DNA of 60,790 nucleotides, the filler included, from Sphacelaria rigidula (lineage: Eukaryota): the NCBI GenBank assembly GCA_964200075.2. It is 8 parts of 8 records of this genome, joined end to end, with 100 filler letters (N's around TTAATTAATTAA, not from the genome) between each part and the next. Parts side by side here need not be neighbours in the genome. Positions count along the whole stretch, not along the records: positions 45,671 to 53,180 come from CAXNAA020014573.1; positions 53,281 to 60,790 come from CAXNAA020014574.1; 6 more parts are not named here. The stretch is one strand, 5' to 3'. The notes beneath the pieces are model-generated. The model did not search any database. It was given only the letters and a program-made list of their open reading frames with translations, and was not told where the DNA came from. Shown one piece after another: positions 52,115 to 60,790 of the stretch (position 1 is its first letter; every line of letters starts with the position of its first letter). The position numbers and the translations under genes were made by a program.

Positions 52115-53180
52115 TTCTTCACACTCTGGACAATGGGCACAATAATAGTTCATTGCTTCAGCAATAGGCTCGGGGAAAAATTTATCATTGTATATTATCG
52201 AACACGATACATGGTGAAACACATCTATTGATATGTATTGCAAGGGACAATAGATGTTGCAATAGTCGATCGATAGCCCTTGGCAATTACAATAGATAAA
52301 GATCACTCGGCATCGATGGGCATCGTGTACCGCAATAGATTTTGGGTTGTATGTATCGATAACCATTGCCGAAATCAATAGGTTTGGTGAGCCATCCATC
52401 GATAGTCATCGCCGTTATTAATAGGTTTGGTGAGCCATGTATCGATAGTCATTGCCGCCAATAGATCAAGTGAGTTATCCATCAATACCTATTACCGCTA
52501 TCAATAGATTTGGTGAGCCGTCTATCGGTAGCCTCTGCCGCCAACAATGCATTTTTTGGTATCTACCAACATGGGCATTACCGTCAACAACCGATTGCTC
52601 TCGGGAGCACCTATCGACAGCCAGTGACGCCAACGATAGGTTTTGAAAAATATATTGCTCACTGCAGTGGTCTCATGATATCAACGGCAATATCCCTTAC
52701 ACATGAATACGCAACGAGCTTCTGTGGGATCAAGTGGAAACATACATCGAAAAATGTGCATACATTGCGCTAGTTATCGATGCCATTCAGCTACCTTTGT
52801 GGTCAGCAATAGATATCGGTGGCCGCGATTCGAATTGCATTGTGACCAGCGGTAGACGTTGGTGGCCGCGATTCAGATTCTGTTGTGATCCTAAACAGAC
52901 ATTGGTGGGCGCAATTGGTATCCTATTGTGACCAACAATATGTATTGGTGGCCGCGTGGTAGATCCTATTGTGATTGGCAATGAATATTGGTGGCCACAA
53001 TTCAGAGCCTATTGCAACAAATAGAATGTATCGATAGACATCTGGGCCCCTCCATTGTCACGGCAACGATACATCACGTCCCTCGTCCCGAATGTATTGC
53101 CGCCTACAATAGCTATCGATAGACTTTGATGCCAGTAGATTATGACTGACAATGAACATTGGCAGTCAATTTTTCGGGGC
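52115..53180. repeat. Dispersed repeat with two 43-bp-period minisatellite arrays
   Basis: 52120-52295 is the reverse complement of about 22896-23075. The arrays lie at about 52335-52550 and 52810-53025. Confidence 0.75.
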
Positions 53181-56100
53181 NNNNNNNNNNNNNNNNNNNN
53201 NNNNNNNNNNNNNNNNNNNNNNNNTTAATTAATTAANNNNNNNNNNNNNNNNNNNNNNNNNNNNNNNNNNNNNNNNNNNNGATTGTTTGGCCCGAAGCCT
53301 ACTGATTATCTTGTATTTGGATGACAGCCTAGAATGAGTTGCTCCATTTTCTGGTATCGTCACTTCCAGAGACAGTCATGGCTTATACACCGCCTCATGG
53401 GTGTCTCACCATTTAAACACTACGTGGTACGATCATCTCCATTGTGCGGAGTTGAGGTCCTCCCACGCCGCACATCATGATCTAGCTCGACTACCATCAT
53501 GATTGGGGGAATAAAATGCAAGTGCGCAAAAAACTCGGTAACCTGGTTGCCTAGCTTACGCAGTGAGTGGCGTGTTTTTTACAGCGTCATCGCCACCCGA
53601 CGCCAACCTCATCGGGGGACCGCCCCTACAAAGCCGGGACGGAGCACGCCGGGTCCTCGCCGGACCAGGCTGGGTCAGCTATGGGGCTGAGCCCAAGCTG
53701 TAAAGTCTCTCGAGTCGAACAACTCTTCGAAACTGAAGAACTATACACTGTTACGCGAGGCTTATAAACCTGTCGGAATATAAATGGCTATCGTGGCTTG
53801 CGTACAAAATACACAGTGCAACTGTCAACCTGACAGGAACACTTGCTTCAACTGGTGAACCCAGCTCTAACAAGAGAGCTCGCAGAGGCTGCACAGTGTT
53901 GGTTAAACACTTGCTTGTGCGATGAGAGAAATATCCTTGAACTTGCCGCTTCGTCTGGGCTTTACTTAAATCAACCAGTCTCTACTTTAGAACACTGGTG
54001 ATAAGCTGGTATGCTTCCTTGAGGTGGGTCGCTTTGGAGAGTAAATAGCGTGGAGCTATTTCACTCTGTTGACAAAACCTCTTGGACACTAAAAAACTGT
54101 TTATCCAAACCGTTGATACCTTGGTCTCTTCGTACTCAACTCTTCAGTATTCTGACAATATGCTGACTCTCTGTATACGAGCTATACAGTACATGACCTA
54201 TTCAGTATTCTACGATGAACATCTCACACACTGCGCTACTTCGGCTATTCCGACGATCTTTATTCTAACGATGAACTGTTACTGGTTTTCCCGCTAATCT
54301 CGAGTACGTATATTCGGAACTGTTATTTCTCAAACTTCCAACATACACGACCTTTCGTCCTAGAAAGCTTTATAGCAAATCCTTCCGTAATTGAAACCTT
54401 TATGTCCAACCCTTTGAGACTTGACTCTTGGTAATCAACCTTTCGACATTCGACCATTTGTATCTTGAGTACTTTCCCTACCCTAAACAGTAGATTGCAC
54501 CGTGAAATGTTGAATCGAACGGTCGCTAGCTGTACTGTCACGTGCTATGATTGATATCTAAATATCTAAACAGGTGATACGCCCGAAAAAAACTTTTTTT
54601 GGGTGAATACGGTTGGGTGGCCCCGTTTCATGATGGATCAAATGCCTGTGCGCGAAGTGCGATACCATACGCTGCTTCGTGGTCCGCAGACTTCTCCTTC
54701 CTCACAATCCCAACTCACCCTCCATGGGAGACGGATTGAAGCGCAGAGAGGAGGCACTGCTCGGAGATTTTCCCTCGAAATTGGCGAGCCAGTGCTCTCA
54801 TCCCCGATATTTGTGGCCGCGCTGAACATGAACCGACGGATGTTGGACCGAAGTTGCGGAGTACGAACATGTTGAAACACCTGGATACAATATCACAAAA
54901 TTGGGAGCTAGGAACCATGGGCACGTAAAAGAGATGAGAGTAGTGACGAATGTGCAACATATCTGGGCTTGTTGCCTCCTCACTGACGCAGCCTTCTCAT
55001 CGACGGCATAATGTTTTGCTTTCGAGTATACTTGAACAATTAGCTCGGCAATAGATATTTACGCCCATAACGTGCACAACTCGGAGCTGTTTTCGAGATT
55101 TTTTTCGGGATGAGAAAAACGCGAGATGATGCATCCCTGTGTAATTCTCGCCGTGATGATTTGTCTCAGGCCGACTCCCACGGCAGGCGATCTGGATATG
55201 AAGACGTTACACTCAATCACTCGGGCGAATAGGGTAAAATTAGAGTTCCCGAGATCACCCGGACCAACAGAATGGGACTTTTTTTTTATGGTGAGGCCAT
55301 GTTTTATCAAATCGTTTTCGACTCGAAAGTGTGCGGTGGAATTGATTTCGCTCGCATCTAATACGTCCACGGCGTTGATTTTCTCAGATGGTTGAGAACA
55401 TGCATGCCGTGGGCATATCAGGTACGAGCGAATCCGATCCGACCGCACGTTCTCGACACCGAGCCTGTTTTGTTGAAGACACGACCTGACCGTGAAATCG
55501 TAGACCGTGTTGAACATATCCCCGATACATGATGAAGGTTACAGTAGAAAAGTGTATCGACAAGCTGTGTGATGTATGACCAACCACCGCTCGAAAGCAC
55601 GACGAGCACGACAATGCTATGGCCAAGGTCGGCACGACTGCGACGACATCTTGCAGCACCTACACTCCGACACCAAAAGTTCCGCTCGATTCCCGATGTA
55701 GCATGACTTTCGTCCAGGAATGGCATAAACTGAGAACGACAAAATATTGCGTGGTGCTGACAATCGTGGCCGTGACCGTGACTCGCATCACGCGTCTGTT
55801 GGATATTTCGACAACCACAATGACATTATGGGTGCAACCACTTCGTTTTCTGAACGACCACAACGTCGGCAGTTCGTGGCTTGCGCGAGCTGCATCCTCC
55901 CTCTCGTGTTACCTGGCTTGTCCAGCCAAAATGACGGCTCGATCCGGGCACAGGAGCCACAGCGGCAACCATCGATGCAGTCGCCATACTCTTCGACAAT
56001 GACCATGCCCCACAGGTCCAGAGGTCGAATTCTGCGTGTGGTCTCAGGCCGGATCACTTGACTCTCGTGGAGCAAATAGAAAGAACTATATGAAAAACTG

Positions 56101-56316
56101 CGGGTCGAGCGGGGCACCCTTTCATAATCTTGGTAAGGATGACTTTGCGTTTAGGTAATCTCGGGTTCAGGAGATCGGGTGAGCCGTATGATCTGATATC
56201 TAGATCCATTCGCTGTGGGAGTAAGTGGTGAGTGTCGTTCCTTCGTTCTCCACGACAAGAAACATGGACTAGAGCAGCCGAAGGGCAAATATACCGCCTT
56301 CCTCCACATGATCAAG

Positions 56317-58014
56317 CCCTCGATCCCTCAAACGCGACCCGACCGCCTTGCCCTCACCAATGCACCGAACCGCCTCAAGAGATTCGCCGGAGCGCGCCAA
56401 CTTCCGGAAACCTGACGGCAGAGCCGTTTCATATTTGAGCGGGCGAGGATATTCCCAGGCTGTATCCCTGCAACGATCCGAAAATGGCGAGTCGTGCATG
56501 AGATCGGATACCGCTGTTGTTGCCCCCAGGGCAAAGATCGAGCAGCAGAGGTTAGGACGGGAGGAGCTAGGAGGAGCGGATCTTGATCGGCGTTTGGCAT
56601 CCGAGGTCGTGGCTGGAATATGGACATACGAGCGCGTGGCGGCGGTGCCGGAGTTCGCCGCCGCCTTCGACGAGTTTGCCCGCAAGGCGCTATGCCAAGA
56701 GTCCGTGCTGTTTCTTCAGGAAGTTACCAGGTGAAAGCTCCAAAACTGACTTGATTTTTCTCATCATGTCAAGAGTGTCGTGCACAACAGCTGGTTGTCA
56801 CCCCGCACATACGTACGTGGGTGACGACTGGTACACATCATATCGTAGGGTTACGCACGGACAACGCTAATCGGGTCTACATAAGTTTCGTAGAGTGGGA
56901 TGTTACGCAACGCAAACATGCGAAATGTCTGGATTACATAACCCCCATGTTCATAAGGTATGCTTGGTTTTCGAAATTGTCATAACGTCAGTGGTAATTC
57001 AACTTGGGTAATACCTTGTAGGCTTTGAACTCGAAAAAAGTAGTTTCGCAATGAATCTCGACCAGTTCAGTATCGGCATCGAATCCTCAGCTCTGAAGTC
57101 AAATAGTTCAGTACTACCACTATACGCGAGTGGTTGAACATCAACACTTACTGGGGTGATGGTAATGAACCACACTTGGATAGTCCGACCACAAGTCTCA
57201 TGGAACTACACTTGACACTTGGATATTCAATGTTCGCGAGAGGTCATGGCCGCATCCATACCCCGACGTTTGAAAAGCTCGCAGTCTGCAGTACATCACA
57301 CCGACCACTGTTGTTTCTTTCATCCACCATTGACCCGTCATGTCTTCGAAACGCTTGGTAGACGGTGTTTTTTCTACAGAGGAAATTCGACACTCGTGGT
57401 TTCCGGTGTCTAACACAATCTGGCGGCCAAAAGGTAGGTCACACGCGCATATATTACCCCGTTACGTTGCCAGTAGCCAGCGGTGTGTACACACAATGAA
57501 GAAATTATATGACTTTCAGTACGCGTAACGGTTTTTACCCGAGAACGTTGATTCGGCGCCCTGAATTGCCGCCAATACAATCTCTTCATGGGCTTCTGAG
57601 GAAGTTGACCCGCAATTTACTGTGCCAAGAGTCGATGCTCTCTTTTTACATCTATCCCATTTAGCGCGAAGCTTTTGTAATCATGACTGTTGGAGTATCT
57701 ACACGTTGAAACCCACTAAACCATATGCATTGGCATAAATGAACCGGCTGGGAGGTGACTACTTCACAGTCCAAAATGTGTAGGTTGCAGAGGATGTGCA
57801 CTCAGGATACCCGTCGAGTATGTGCTGAATCACCGCGATATCAAGAATCATTTTCGAGGTGCTCAACCTTCGTCATCTGCCGCAGGTACCAAAGGCGCAC
57901 AACCGACGATAACATGGGAATCAATCCCCCCGAACCGGATGCGGACTTCGCTGGTTTTCAGGAGATCACGAAGGGGTTCATTGTCGACGGGTCGCCAGAC
58001 GAAGTCAACATAAG
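56317..58014 (+). CDS. Partial spliced RGS-domain protein gene (exons ~56317-56730 and 57886-58014)
   Basis: ...IWTYERVAAVPEFAAAFDEFARKALCQESVLFLQEVT-R-YQRR...FAGFQEITKGFIVDGSPDEVNI. Donor CAG|GTGAAA, acceptor CGCAG|, donor AAG|GTGGGT; phases are compatible. The 5' boundary of the first exon is uncertain. Confidence 0.85.
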
Positions 58015-60790
58015 GTGGGTCAATGCATCGCCGGCCACGTGTGATGAGGGTTGGACATGTCTCGGTAGGCGTTGATCTCACGGAGCATTTTCACACAGTT
58101 TTCGATCCCAAAACAGACAGTGCTGTCACTCCTTATCTCAAACACTGTGCATCACACCGCTGAGAGGAGTCTAGCCTACCTTTCCGATCCAGTTGGGTAC
58201 GGGATTTCGAGATCGGCCTCTGACCGGAAATCCAACGGGTCTTACACGAGTTGATCCAGCCTAGACACGGGTTGTAAGCTCTCTTAAAGAAAAATGTCCC
58301 ATCGACATAGACGAGTTGGGCGGTGATCCGCACGTCGTATAAATCGTTTAAATCATGGGTAAGATGCTCATGTGCTCAACAGTCTGAGCCATTGTTTTCT
58401 CGTCGTCGATCAAACGCAATGTCTAAACAGTAATCCCTATACCGTATGGAGATGGGGCCCATGCTAAAGTCTATACGAAACCCCAAACGATGCATAAAGC
58501 GGACGATGACGATTTTTGATGTGGAATCCCTGGAGCACGGGGAGACGATCAAAACCCTCACCGTCACCTGATCCACCATCTATCTCGAGATGTGGCGCAC
58601 ATAATGTTCTATACTGAAATCAATATATTACGAGCAGAGGTATTAGATGCAATGTATCTGGATTCCGCGTCTCAGTTTCAGAGAGTCGTGCTGTGAAATT
58701 TGGTGTGGAGAATCGCTAGGAACAAATAGGAAACAAACTTAGCGTCTCGCAATTCTGTTCTCATTTGATTTTTTACCTTCTTGGAGGAGTTTTAAGGAAA
58801 TATGGACATTTGTCTTGAGCCTTATCTCAGGTTTTCACGGTTAGGACGACTCATCACGACTAAGAATCACCAAATCCGCGATTTCTTCGGCCTGATCGCC
58901 CAAAAGGGAGAGAAGAGTTCACCGCTGGTCCAAGGGGTGTCCACGCAACTTTTGCGCCATTCCACGTGCCTGGGCTGCGTGTACCTGGGTTGCAACGCTG
59001 AAAACAAAGCCTAGGGATTGATTCGTACGAGTCGAATCAAATATGCTAAAACCAAGTAATTTCCAGACGAATCACTATTTGTCCGACCCTTGTAGGTTCT
59101 CAGCTCAATTCTTGAAACCGTGATTCGAAATTCAGCACGGAAAATAGAAAGGGCATGTCGAAAGAGAAAAAGAGGTTTTTGTTTTTGGAGAGCTAAGGGC
59201 GTTTGGAGGAGACTGTGGTCTTGACTACACTGGAACGTCCTAATAACTTGGCTCGATATTTCCTGTGTTGGGGTTAAAATTGTGTCCAGTACCTCGAAAT
59301 TGGAGAGTCCGATCGAAGATGGTTCCATCCTCTATAAACTGTGATTTGAGGTATGACAAAACTGGCTACATTATTGAGTTACTTTGTTCGATGTATGTAC
59401 TAAAAAACGACTATTCGTGAGAGAAGGGACCAATGCAATGTTGGGAACGGCGAGGTCCCGGCTCACCTTCACGCACGCTATGACGTCGAGATGAACGAAA
59501 CAGACGTCGTGGAGAGCCTCACACGAGAACGGAGGCTCGCAGCTCTAAGCCGGTTCCTTTCTGACCCAATCTACCAGTTTGCGGTACTGCCAGGTGACTG
59601 TTTTTTCGCATTTTGCTGGCGAGCAGGTCGATTTCTGGTAACAGCGCTCTTGTTTTTAATGCCTACAACCGTGCATGCCAAGACATCTGGTCGACGCATC
59701 GGACGTTGCCAAACAGGGTGCCCAAGTGCCCCTACTACTGCAAATAGCTTTTGCTTCTGATACAAACTGGTCGAGTCGGCTAAATGGTCAAACAACTGCC
59801 CACTTTTGCGTGCCGTCTCTGGAAATACGCCGGTCCTGTATCCCACGTACTGTAAACCTTGCTGACGACATGAACCTGAGTTGGCAGGTACTGTATAACT
59901 CGCTTGCAATTATATGCTCACGTTGGTGACGATCACCTGTGACCTCGAAAATCGTCGTCTCTGCCATATTTTTGACGCGATTCTCGCTTGTTTCCGACCC
60001 TTCGACTGCACAGAGGAATCGCTACGTTCAGTCGGCATTTTTTTCACTCTTGCAATACGAGTGTCACACACCGGTGTCCACATGTAGACCCTCGGAGGGT
60101 CCGGCAGCTTCGTATGGCGATGCCAGAAGCCGAGTTGGAAGTTTGAGTTTTGCGACACTGCGATAATTTCGTCTCTAAAACAGGAGACAGGGAATACTGC
60201 CACCGTGTGTGTTGGACGGACACCGTGCATCACCTCACCAAGAGGAGCCTGCCGACATTTCCTCCGCGTTGGGCACCAAGGTTTCGGAAACGATGACTTA
60301 CTAACAAACACACCCTGGATGATAGATTATATTGTGAAAAAGTGTGCAGCATACAGTATCGATTATTGCGTCTATTGCAACTTTGACAATAGATTACATA
60401 CTGCATGCAGTACGCCTTTTTTCAACTTCATCCATTGGAATTACCCAGGGTGTGCTAACGACCGAACTGCCCATGAAAATATTGGTGATATTTACGACAA
60501 TTCCCCGTTTTCATATTTTCCCATTTCCTGGCAGAATTTCGGGAAGTAGATATTTGTCATAGTCAGAGGCCCAACGAAACGAAAACGTGTGCTGGCATCT
60601 TCGCGATGGGACCACACATACAGCAGTGCCCTGATATTAGTTGTGGCTACGAGCTGGGCCAGCCTAGAAACGGATTTAACCTCTAAAAGCAAGATCTCAT
60701 CGACACGGACGAGTTGGCCAATGATCCGCATCAATATTATTAATAGCCAAAATGATGTCCCGCTCGATACTGGGATCAAGTGACCAAAAT

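Noticed and set aside
52335-53025. CRISPR-like array
   Set aside because: The repeats are degenerate, the intervening sequences are homologous to each other rather than unique spacers, there are no cas genes, and the context is eukaryotic.
55388-55421. 34-nt candidate upstream exon of the second RGS gene
   Set aside because: It has AG/GT boundaries, but no motif or frame evidence links it to the RGS exon.
38191-58014. The two RGS fragments as one gene or a gene cluster
   Set aside because: They are on different contigs and opposite strands, and they encode overlapping parts of the domain with different sequence and intron positions.
59571-59909. GIY-YIG-like motif (GLQYVG)
   Set aside because: No upstream (G/V)IY motif or downstream conserved Arg/His/Glu spacing could be seen; the match is too short.

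Overview
This is eukaryotic, transposon-rich nuclear DNA, most likely from a brown alga (Phaeophyceae). That assignment is an inference from element style and intron structure, not a database result. The window is not one locus. It is eight unrelated contigs of 7512, 7512, 7512, 7512, 7511, 7511, 7510 and 7510 bp, sorted by length and joined with artificial N44-TTAATTAATTAA-N44 linkers, so nothing across a linker is syntenic. Contents: (1) two spliced host-gene fragments encoding RGS (regulator of G-protein signalling) domains, one of which runs straight into a segment resembling globin helices A-B; (2) a third spliced gene fragment of unknown function; (3) a full-length but dead, internally deleted Ty1/copia element with both LTRs and a TSD; (4) Ty3/gypsy remnants, including a chromodomain-bearing end and an LTR followed by a complete CCA-tailed tRNA-His copy at the primer-binding-site position; (5) a nested copia LTR; (6) a probable Mutator-like transposase relic, a LINE RT scrap, tRNA-derived SINEs, and many MITE/foldback elements and minisatellites. 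The best leads are the candidate RGS-globin fusion, the captured whole primer tRNA, and a 50-bp hairpin module shared by MITEs with different terminus types.
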